Shown here: positions 10,567 through 21,569 of the stretch, in pieces
Layout: every line of letters starts with the position of its first letter
How positions within the stretch are numbered: the stretch's first letter is position 1
From: Geosiphon pyriformis uo1
Lineage: Eukaryota > Fungi > Glomeromycota
Direction of reading: 5' to 3'
Length of the DNA: 64,000 bases
Assembly: GCA_016748015.1 (NCBI GenBank)
Contig: JAAOMT010000386.1
Span: forward strand, 3,866-67,865
The notes under the pieces: model-generated
Told to the model about the DNA's origin: nothing
The model's database searches: none
The model's input: the letters and a program-made list of their open reading frames with translations, nothing else
Program-made: the position numbers and the translations under genes

Positions 10567-12875
10567 TTTTTTTTTGTTTTATTTTATTTTATTTTATTTT
10601 ATTATCATTTAATGAGCAAGACCCAAATACTACCTAAACTATAATATCACAGAAAGAATTACATTATAGACATACATTATGCGTTTTCTACACGTGATCA
10701 GACACTCGGCCCAATTAAGGACTCACTACGCTGAATCAAAAGTAGGTGGGAATAATCCCAACTCACGAATTCTCTCAATGATACCATTCAGATTTCTAGA
10801 GTCAAAAATAAACTCACTAAGAAACATCTTAGTAGACTCAATATTGCCTCTGGTTTCAGCATCAGACATATGCCACAAAGCAATAACATGCTCAATAGTG
10901 TCTTCACTTAAAAAGAAAGGCTTAGCAGCCAAAACACCATCATAATCCATACCACCAAAGTCAACTTCAGATCTAAGACAAGCAATGTCTTTAGAAACTC
11001 CAACCATAAGGTTAGCAAAATTGTTAGCAGCACTTTTCATGGAAACAATATCTTTCTCGACTTGAACAGCCTTAATGGCATTATCATCAAGAAAACAAGA
11101 CACCAAAGCAACCAAAGAACCAATAGGCTCAACAATAGACTTAACCAGAGCAGCCAAATCCGAAATCTGCTTTTCCAAAAAGTCCAATCTAGAACCAACA
11201 GCAGAATCAGCAACAGAAGCAGCCAAAGGAGCCACCAAAGGAGGAAACTCAGAAAGACCAGAAGGAGCAGCAGTCTTGGTATATGAAGCAGAACCCACAA
11301 AACAAAACTTGAAAACCTTGGGAACCTTAAGAGTGGGGGGTGGAGAAATTTTGCAATTCACGGCCAGATAGCCCATTTCTTGACACCTAAAGCAGTGCCA
11401 GCAGCCAGAAGTTTCCCACCAGATACAGCATTTCCTTAGAGTACCAATCTTGACTACAGCAGAATCTAAATCACCTTGAGAGTCAAATGTAACCAAAGCA
11501 AACCAGAAACAACAACCAGAATCAGGAGAATAAGGGATGAAACATGTTCGACCACCAATTTAAGAAATCATATCACTGATTTCAAAGGCGGTACAGCCAG
11601 GGGGAAGGTTAACCAATTTGGCCTTAAACTTATCACAAGACAAAATAGTCTTATTTTGATTCACCAGAGGGAGAATTTTAACACTATCTTTGCCTATCAA
11701 GACTGACCAATGCTTCAAGGCAAATACAGCAGAGTCCAACTTTTCAAAATAAATCACCACATACTGCCAAATGCCAGCAGGCTTCAGCACAACACGAGTG
11801 ACACCACCAAACACACTGAGAGCCAACTTAACATCAGCAGCAGATACACCTAAAGGCACATCACGCAGTGCAACAGCAGCAAGAGAGGAACCAGATTCAG
11901 AAACCACCAAAGACTTGGCAATTTTGAGAGTGGTCAAATGAACAGAGCTTGTAAGCTCAACCAGAAACGCAGCTTCTAAAGATTGTTGAGAAGCAAACTC
12001 CATACAGAAAAGCTTCACATTGTCTTTTGAAATAGACTTAACACCCAAAAAACCATGCACAGACTGAAAAACAGCCTTAACATGAGCCAATTTGATCTTA
12101 AAAGTAGCACCAGGCATCAGAGTGAAGGCCATCCACCCAGCAAACCTTTAACGACTAGTAATAGTTTCTCAAGGACCACCAGAAGTAGCACCAGAAACTA
12201 GAAGAGAAGATGAATCAGTTTCTATTTAATCAGCCCAGTTCCCAAGAACAGATAACCCAACAGAAGAAGATTGTTTTGTTTCTAAAACTGGTGATGATCT
12301 GCTGAAAAACACCACATTTGGCAACACAGCCAGTGGTTGATCTTGGCCCATCTTGGATGACATGCCGGATGATGCTACAGAGATCTCATCTAAGATCTCA
12401 TTAGGAACCACAAAGGAGTTCGGTGTAACAATAGCAGAGGCAAGCGACTGCTCCCACTTTTCTGAACTTTTGGTTTTTTTGATCTTTTTTTTTGAAGAGG
12501 TGATACTAGAAGCACCAGGTGTTGAATCTATATAGGGGAAGACCAGCTTATTCACTGGTCTATTATTAAAAACTTTTGGGCTCTTGGTTGGGGTGGAGGC
12601 AACACTGGGACTAACCCAGATGTGTCTTTTTGAGGGGATTTTGACTGGTGAGAAACCAACCAAAGATGAAGAAGTTGCTTCAGTGGCTACCAAAGACAGC
12701 TTATCATGATTACTGGATAAGAAAAAGGCTTCTAAAACGTTTTGCCTAGTTGCTTCTACAACAGAGAGAGCTCTTCTGGTTGAAATTTTATTAGATATCT
12801 CAGGACAGATATTAGGTGCAGCTTTTTTACTCTTTGTTCTGGTTATGGTCATAAAATTAAGAAGACAAAGAGTCG
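10567..12875 (-). mobile_element. ORF1-only non-autonomous LINE-like retroposon (HAL1-like)
   Basis: A single ORF1-type frame is followed directly by a ~120-nt 3' UTR similar to the LINE3 3' UTR and an A-rich (AAAAT)n tail. No endonuclease or RT. Confidence 0.75.
10726..12852 (-). pseudogene. LINE ORF1-like protein (~708 aa; RRM-like segments, CCHC knuckle, C-terminal coiled coil)
   Basis: ORFs 12226-12852, 11560-12132 and 10726-11496 are one frame, broken only by four stops (3 TAA, 1 TGA) that revert by single transitions. CFRCQEMG(Y)LAVNC knuckle. LVNLPPGCTAFEISDMIS.IGGRTCFI is homologous to LINE3 ORF1 LYILPVGTSAHDLSDLLISYGGKTCFI. Confidence 0.85.
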
Positions 12876-13409
12876 TTTTATTTATTTTATAAGTAATATT
12901 GTTATTAAAATTGTGAAAATACTTATATAATTGTATTTAATAAAAAATTTATTGAAATTAATATAATAATTATATATATATAAATTATTATAAATATTAT
13001 TTTGACTAAAGTCTTAAATAAATCTTAATTATTAAATTTATTACTTAAAATTTTGAAAAATAGTCAAAATATGTATTAATTATTATATTATCAAAAAAAT
13101 CACTATAATAATTAATATTTATAAAATTTATTATTATGAATCTTATAATAACTATAAAAAATTTATATTTGCGATTATTATTAAAAACTTAAACATATTT
13201 AATAAATTATAAAATATAATTAGCTAATAAAAAATAATAAAATAAAATAAAATTATTATTAATATTTATTAAACTTTAATTTATAAATTAAAAACTTTGT
13301 AAAAACAATACTTATTTTATATATATATATATAAATTGCTTTTTATTTTTTTGTTTAATAATATTAAATTAATTATATAATTAAATAATACTATTTAATT
13401 TGCTAAAAT

Positions 13410-14280
13410 TAAAAATCTAATGAATCGAATTAAACTAAACTTTAAATATTATTTGAATTTGGTTTGAATTATAAACTAAACTTAAATTGAACTAAATTTT
13501 CAAAGTAGATTCAGTTTAAGTTTAAAGTTGAATTTTTTTAACAAATCTAAATTTAATTTGAGTTTAATTTAAAGTTCACAAACTTGTTTAAGTTTAATGA
13601 TTAGTTAAAAAAATATATAAAACTGACAACTTTGCTTTCTAATTTATCAAAATAAATTTATATTTAATGTTTTTAAAGATTTAAAATCTAAAATAACAGA
13701 ATTTAATAACTCAAATAGTTCAAATATTAATATCTTTGATAAGTTTAATTTTCAAAATAAAATATATGGCTATTTTAATAAGTTTGAGTAAACAAAAAAA
13801 ACAGTTAAATATATAGTCTCAAAATATATGTATAAACTATTTTTTTGTAGAATTATGAATATTACCAAACTTTTATAATACTATTTAAAGCTTTTTTACT
13901 AAATAGTATATATTACAACAAAAAAATATTATAAAAAAAAACAAAATGTTTAAAAAAATTACAAGTCAATTGAAAAATATTTCAACATATAAGATTGCTA
14001 TTTTTTTAACAGTGTTTTCAATTATAAATACAAAAATTATTAAAAAAAATTAATTAATATAATATAATTTTTAATAGCTAAACTTAAACATGTTTATAAA
14101 CTTTAAATCAAACTTGAATTGAACTTGTTTAAGTTTAAGATAGGTTTAGATTTAATAATTTTAAGTTCAGTTCAAATTCAAATTCAAAACTTAGCCAAAA
14201 TTTCTGTTAAAATTTGGTTTGATTTAATAGTTTGATTAAATTTAAACTGAAGTAAACCAAATATCAAAACTCCAACTAAA
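13410..14280 (+). mobile_element. Probable hAT-like DNA transposon relic with BED zinc-finger remnant
   Basis: Clusters of short AACT(T/C)AA-type subterminal repeats and a ~46-bp inverted repeat (13551-13596 vs 14079-14124). An in-frame remnant at 13741-13910 (KIYGYFNK...VKYIVSKY...ITKLL*YYLKLFY) becomes a BED finger if Y>C and Y>H transitions are reverted. Confidence 0.45.
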
Positions 14281-15769
14281 ATATTATAAAAAACTGTTTT
14301 AAATATAATAAAATTAGCTAATTTAACTATATTATAAGTTAATAATATTCAATAAAAAATAAAAATTGTTTATTTAATATAAATAATATTTTAATTAATA
14401 ATAATAATAATAATAATTTTTTATATTATTAAACCAGTTTTAAACATTATTTTTTTTTGCAAATTTTTTGAATTTAGTAATAAATATATATATTAAAAAT
14501 ATTATTAATAAAACATAATTTTTAATAATTAAAATTTTTAAACTATTAATAAGTTTATTAGCATTGTTAAAATTAAAGTTTTTATTAATTTAATAGAATC
14601 TATAATAATAAAGTTTGATATATAGTTTTTAAATTAACTAATATAGTTTCTAATTTTTAATATTTTTTTTTGTTGTTTTTGTTATTAATAAGTTAGTTCA
14701 AAATTTAATAAAAAAATAATAATTATAACAATAATAAAATTAATAATTAAAATTTTAATTTATTAAATAATATTTATATTAATTAAATATATATTATTTT
14801 TTATATTTTTTAATAAAATTTGAATTGGTTTTTTAATATATAATAATATAATAAATTTTATACAATAGTATTTGTTGTTTTTATAAAATAAAATTATTTT
14901 TGTTATTATAATTATATATTCTTTAATTTTAAAAATTTACTTAATTATATTAATTATATTATTTATATGATAATATATTTTTATTAAACTTATTATAAAA
15001 TTATAAAATTAATGTTTTTTTAAATATTATTAAAGCTTTTTATTAAATTTTGATTTACTAAATCTAAAATTTTTTAAAATATGATTAATATATTTATAAA
15101 TATAAAAATTAAATATTTATTGAGTTAAAATACAATTATTTTAATAATATAAATTTTTATAATAATAATTATAGAATTATTTTGGTAAATAAAAAATAAT
15201 TTGATTTAATATATATTAATTTTATTATTTTGCTATTTATTTATTATAGTATTTTAGTTTTTAGAATTATACTTTACAAAAATATTATAATATAATATTA
15301 TTATGTAAATAATATTTAAGAGTTTTAAAAATTTAAAAATCTTAATTAAGTTTTTTAGTATAATAAACAGATATTTAATAGTTTTTAACAGTTTTTATGT
15401 TTAATATTTTTTGTTTTTCTTAATAAATTTATTTTAGTAGTTTTATTTTTTAATTTTAATTAATTTATATATTTTTATCAAATTATTTATAATCTTATAT
15501 TTTAAATACTATTTTTTAACAAATTAGTTTTTATAATAATACAATAAATTATAATAAATATAGTATAAATATTTTAAAAACATTAAATATTGTATTATTG
15601 ATAAAATTTTTAATATATATATTATATAATATATTAAAAAATATAAAAATAATTTATTAATTAAATAACAAATTATATAATTATTATATAATAATGAATA
15701 AAAACTTCTTTTTTTTTGGTCTAAAATTCTCAAAAAAAGTTAAAAAAGTTTTTTGAAAGAAATTTTTTA

Positions 15770-16075
15770 CTATTCAATACAATAAATCCAAACTGTTTTT
15801 GCTCAATTATGAGATTATTGTTGGTTTTAGTATTGCTATCATAAAAAAGACTGTTAAAAAATCCAGTTTAGCTGTTGGTTTCAAACTTGTGCTGTTAAAA
15901 AAGAAGAGAAAAGATGGTATTTTAAAAGATAATGTCAAGACTAAAAAAGTTTCTGTTAAAATGTTGAGTGATTATTCTTGAAATTCAAAAGCTAGCAATA
16001 CCACTAAATCTGATAGGGTTAACATGAAAAAGGAATGTTTGATTGAGAAAACCAGTTTTGATTATAATAGTGGAA
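15770..16075 (+). mobile_element. 5' fragment (5' UTR and ORF1 start) of a LINE1-like element
   Basis: Matches the reverse complement of ~9180-9470 (tattca.tacaataaatccaaactgttt.tgctcaattat..., KASNTTKSDRVNMKKECLIEKTSFDY). Confidence 0.8.
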
Positions 16076-19000
16076 GTTATATCTTAATACAATACAACTT
16101 CACCAAATGTTTTATATAATTAATAATAATAAAAACAGTTTTCTTCTTCTTATTAAAAATCATGACAGCTTCAACATACTATTTACTTAACACAAATTTC
16201 TTATAAATTGCAGTATACAGACTTGCTTTTAAAAAACATAGAAAAAGCAACTGTAAAACAGCAGAAAAGAACAAACAAAAAGCATTTACCAATAATACTT
16301 ATTTCTTAGAAGCCTCAGCCAAAATGTTTTCCCAAATACTAATATCTCTAGCACAAGTAAAAATGTAATTAGACAACTCTACCTTATTATACAGCAAACA
16401 TAATATGTTAAAATACATCTTATTATACAACTTTTTTCTAACTATTATAAGTAGTCATTTATGCACAGTCTTTATTAAATATGTATGTTGGTTAGAAGAT
16501 TTTCTACTAATAAACTTAAAAAACATGTACAAATCAGAATGCCAGACTCACATAGTAGTTATTCAATTCACTTTTTTTATTATCACACTTAGAACTACAT
16601 TAAAACCAAGACCAGTTTTTTAATAAGCATAACAAATAAATCTATATAAATTATAGACAAAATAACAAGCATTACCGAACACAACTGTCTTATTAGCTAT
16701 CAAAAACTATTCACAAATTTCAGTCAACAATGAAAAAAAAAGTTAGCAGTCTTATCTATTATAATATTAGTCTGAATATTGCTAGAAATATTTAAATGTT
16801 TCTTAACTTTTATCTACATGACAGAAAAATTTTTATTCTTAACCAAATTAGCAATATGTTTTTTTTCAATTCAATACTGATTGTAAAAGTCAGATGTAGC
16901 AAATAAAACCTTAGATAAACATGTATTAATTACAAATTGGCTATCCAGATATAACAAAAAAACGAAATACATTCCAATACCAGTACAATAGTTTGTAATT
17001 TAGCTAATGTTAAAGACAAAAGCCCATGTACTTTTATGCCAATACTCATATCTAAAGTTAGAAAATAAGCAGCCACTCCAATAATAATCTCAGCTAAATT
17101 AGTATATCTTAAAAAATTATCTGTATAGATCTTAATAAAATTAGACTAAACCTTAAACAAACTTCTATATATATTAGAGAATTCTTCAGATATTAAAACA
17201 TCTAATTCATATAATCTATAAGTATTAGCAAATTCAACTGTCAAAAAATTTATTTTACTTAAAAATACAGATACTAACTTGAACCAAAAAGGCATAAAGC
17301 TCCTAAAATCTAATTTTTTTTACTTCTAAAATATTTTTCAATCTATAATACTCTTTTTTTTGTCCAAAAGTTTGTCATTAAAAGCAATATTAAACCACTT
17401 TAAAAAAAAACAAAATTATAATACAGAGTCTTTCCCAAAATATTAAACATTAGAATCTTATCAAAACTATGAAAAAAACTAAACAAATTGTTTATTAAAG
17501 ACAAATTATGTTCAAAAAAATCTTAACCACTCTGGCCAAAAATTGTTTATTGAATTAATACATAACTTAACAGAAAATTGCAAAAGATTCAAAAAAGACC
17601 ATCTCAAGATCTGTAAATCCAAGAATTAATGCTTAAACAAATATTCAAAAATGCCCAATATATTGAAAAAAACAATTAAAAAAGCCAATTTTCTTTTAGA
17701 CTGCATTTGCTTAAAGGGTTTTAGACTGTACAAAAATAAATGATGCAAAATTTTATTAACAAAATCACATGGCAAACCAATTTTGGCCTTAAAATCTCTT
17801 TTATTTATCACATTTCATTTATAATACACATCTAACAAAACAAAACAAAATTATAACTAATAACTAATTATAAGTTATAAGACAACTAACACTAAATAAG
17901 AAAACTATTTATCTGTAATTACTTTTTTTAATACCACATTGGAAAAAAACTTGATATTTGTATGAGTCTAAACCAAACTAGGCTCAAAAAAACCCTCAAT
18001 TAACAAAAAATATCTAAGTATTTATGTGATTTACCTTTCTTAGCAATCAAAATCAACAAGTTACTAATTATTAATAAAGTATTCTTAATATTTTAATTGA
18101 TAAAATTAGCCATTGTTTTCTTATTATTAATTGAAATATTATTAATATCAAAAAACTTATTTGCAATATTCAAAATAAACTACATAAAAGCTTGGTTATT
18201 CCTAACCCAAATAGTATTATTAATAAAAATATCAGCAACAAAAAATGAAGTTTTTTTGCTAATAGTCTTAATTTTATCAGTCTTGATCACAAACCAAGTA
18301 TCAATTTAATATCTACATAAATGCTTATGTCTTTTAACCTTACACAAAAACAGATTATAAAAATTTTTTAAAGAAGAAAAAAAAAACTTTATTCTAATTC
18401 AATTTATCATGCACTCTGTAATTACTTGAAAGTCCAAAATCAATCATTATTTTATTGATTTAATTTTTATGTATATTGTTAAAAAATTCAATAAACTAAT
18501 TGTATATTTTAATATACTGCAAACTAACTCTTAAATAATATCACTCTATTAAATCATAAGTCTTTTATATATTCTAAAAAACCAATCAAAACTCTCTATT
18601 TTTTTCTAATACATTTTTAACTACTAATACAATAGCAAAAATAGAAAATTAAGTTGAAGTATCCTTTAATACCAAAAAGTTGTTATCACAAAAAACATCA
18701 AATTTGCTGTATGCTATGGATATCTAATTAGAGAAGATCTTAAACAAGATTTTTTTAGCTGTTTTAATCAATACAATAAGTCAAGTATTTGTTAAGACAT
18801 TATTTTATTTATAAAATTTGAAGATTATAGAAACTCTTGCTCTTTTTCAAGAAATTAGAACTGCACTTAAAGTCAAACACAAATTCAATAATCTCAAAAA
18901 ACATTTTAATATTACATTACCACAATGTTTCTAAAATTTATTAGATATCTCAAACAATTCAGTAGTCTTATTATTTGGCAAATTACCAATTACTAAAGCT

Positions 19001-19720
19001 AATTTTTCCAAATTAATCTCACTTATTATATCAGAAAAGACACTATTATCTACATAATTTAAAGACATAAATTGGTGAATTCAAAGCTTAAGTATCCTTA
19101 AATACACTAACTGTTTTCTTGTTTATTTTTTCATAATTTTATTAACTTTGAGCTTTATCTCCTTAAGTTCTATTACCAATTCATTTCCTATTACCAAATA
19201 ACTTAACATAACTTTGTGAAAAAAGTTGTTTCAAAATACTTTTTATTATTTGTCTCTTGTTAAAGCAAAAATTTTTCATATGTCACTCAATTATTTTTTT
19301 AATAATTGTATTCTTAAATACTTTTGACTTATAATATTTGGACTGCTAATATTTCTTCTTAACTAGTAACAAATGTTTAATAATGTTTATCAATCTTATA
19401 TAATTTGAATTATATTGGTATTTTTAAATGTTTTAATGTTATTAATCAACAACCAAACATTAACAAGATGCTTAAATTTTAACAGATCTTCAAAACACTA
19501 TTTTTTTACAATTTTGACTACAAGCAGTTTTAACTTAAAAAATCTTGATAACAGTTTGTTTTTTTTACAATCAAATTCACTATACTAATATTTAGAGAAC
19601 ACTATATTAGCCAATTGTATCATAATTTTTTTTAGTACCTTTCATATTATATTTAAATTATTACAATATTCTGCCTTCTTAAATATATTAAACTCTGCCA
19701 ACAACTTATTAAAAGTGCAT

Positions 19721-20040
19721 TGTTACTAGAGGTTTTTGGTCTCTTTTCTTGAATGTTGTTGATGTTAATTTGCTGTGAATTTACGTTTTCAGGAAGTAGT
19801 TGGACCTCCAGTAACTGAATTTATCTTCAAATTATCTTTTATAATTTGAACTGCTGAACTTATAAGTGGAATGGCCAATTCCTTGCCAGTTACTTTATGT
19901 AGTTACATTGTAGTAAACATCAACTCTTTTCTAGAAATTGCTCATCTGAAAGCTCACTAAAAATGTGTAGTTACTTTGCTGTAAAAGTCAACTTTTCTAC
20001 AGGAATCTTGTCTGTAGGCTACCCTAATAATTGTAATAAG

Positions 20041-20107
<67 letters not shown>

Positions 20108-20729
20108 AAAAAATAGAATTTTAATTAAGGAAAACGTTTTCTATCTAGGCCTGAAGTTATTAACAGATTACTGAAATTGGTAGCTAATTAATTTCAAAAA
20201 GTTAGTTGTGTTGAGAGAGTTTCAATTGTAATAATCAGAAGATTTGGTTTTCGAATATTTAATTTTATTTGAATGTATAAAAGGTAATTTGTTCTAATTA
20301 AGATATTTAAAGTAAAATACTATGTTAAGATACTATGAGAAGATACATTTTTTTAAAGAGAGAAGCTCTTCTTTTATACAACTTGTTGTAGTACTAGTCT
20401 TAAAACTTGCACTTTTCTCTTTGCTACAATTTGGGTAAACTAAAAATACATTTCAGCAAACTACAAGTTATTTCACTAAACTATTGATTATTTCGGCCAA
20501 TTTTCATTAATTTCGGCGAATTTTGACTATATTAAATGATTCAGAGTATTGTGTAATTTGATCATCTTAATTTCTATGATACAAATCGAATTATTGATTA
20601 AATAATGATATTTGATAATTTGATTAAACAATAAGTAATATTCAAAATAATAATAATATATGCTAATTAATAATAGGAATTATGAGGGTAATTTTATGCT
20701 AATTAATAGCTAAAATTCTACTGGTAACA
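19721..20729 (-). repeat. 3' LTR of gypsy B
   Basis: Direct repeat of 28663-29632, with an expanded A61 run at 20042-20102. Confidence 0.95.
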
Positions 20730-20742
20730 GTATTTCTTCCTT
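20730..20742 (-). promoter_or_regulatory. Polypurine tract of gypsy B
   Basis: Minus-strand AAGGAAGAAATAC immediately precedes the 3' LTR. Confidence 0.7.
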
Positions 20743-20744
20743 AA

Positions 20745-21416
20745 GACTGAGTTCTGCCAAAGTTCAAGTACTATCTATAATGTTAAGATAGTGGTCCAAA
20801 ATAATTGAAGTGATCTGGTCTGAAAATTATTGAAATTTCAGTTCTGTAAGCTTTCTAATATATTGAATCTTCATTAGATAGAGTATTAGATTTTGTAGGA
20901 TGTTTTCACAAGTGTTGAATAAATCATAGAGTCTAAATGCTACTTTAAGTTTATAGCAAGTGTTTATTGGTCCAGCTGTTAACTTAAATTCATTGTGAAT
21001 TTGTTTTTGAATAGCTTTAGGAGTAATGTGTATTGCTTTAAGTTCTAGTTTTTGTTTATAAAGTGTTTTTCTAATATGAAAATATTTATATATAAAGGTA
21101 TGTTCATTGTTCTGTTTATTGAGGAATAGTAGAAGTTTTTATGTATTGTGGCATTTGGTAGAATGTCAATAGGAGCAGATAAAAAGTTTTCTTTTAGTGC
21201 TTGCTTCAAAAGTTCTGGTAATTGATTTCCAGAGTAATTTCTTGTTTTTTTTCTATAAGGGTGATAATTTTGAGAATTATTTACTACTAGAGCTGTGGTT
21301 TTTTTCTGAATGTATTTAATTTGACTTCCCTTAATCGTTATAGATAAGTTAGGAAGTGTTTTCAAAGCTAACATTAATTTTTGAAACATTTGTTAGATAT
21401 TTTGGAGAATAATTAT
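20745..21416 (-). pseudogene. Extra ORF3 of gypsy B (unknown function)
   Basis: ORF 21045-21389 plus a frameshifted continuation (...KVAFRLYDLFNTCENILQN...KLTELKFQ*FSDQITSIIL). Homologous to ORF3 of element D. Confidence 0.7.
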
Positions 21417-21569
21417 GGTAAAATAGTTAACTAACAAAGAATAAAGAAAATTATTTTTGAATATGGAGTTTTATTTGTTTTTGGGTTTGGGTGTTTTTTG
21501 TAATTATTTACTATTATTGTTTTTGTGTATTATTAAAAGAATTATTGTAAAATTATGTTGAATTAAATA

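Noticed and set aside
10679-12535. Several + strand ORFs (10679-10945, 11062-11286, 11075-11371, 12353-12535)
   Set aside because: Antisense shadows of the ORF1-like frame; no independent motifs.
10550-12890. Target-site duplication for the ORF1-only element
   Set aside because: Only low-complexity TTTTATTTA matches are present; cannot be distinguished from chance.
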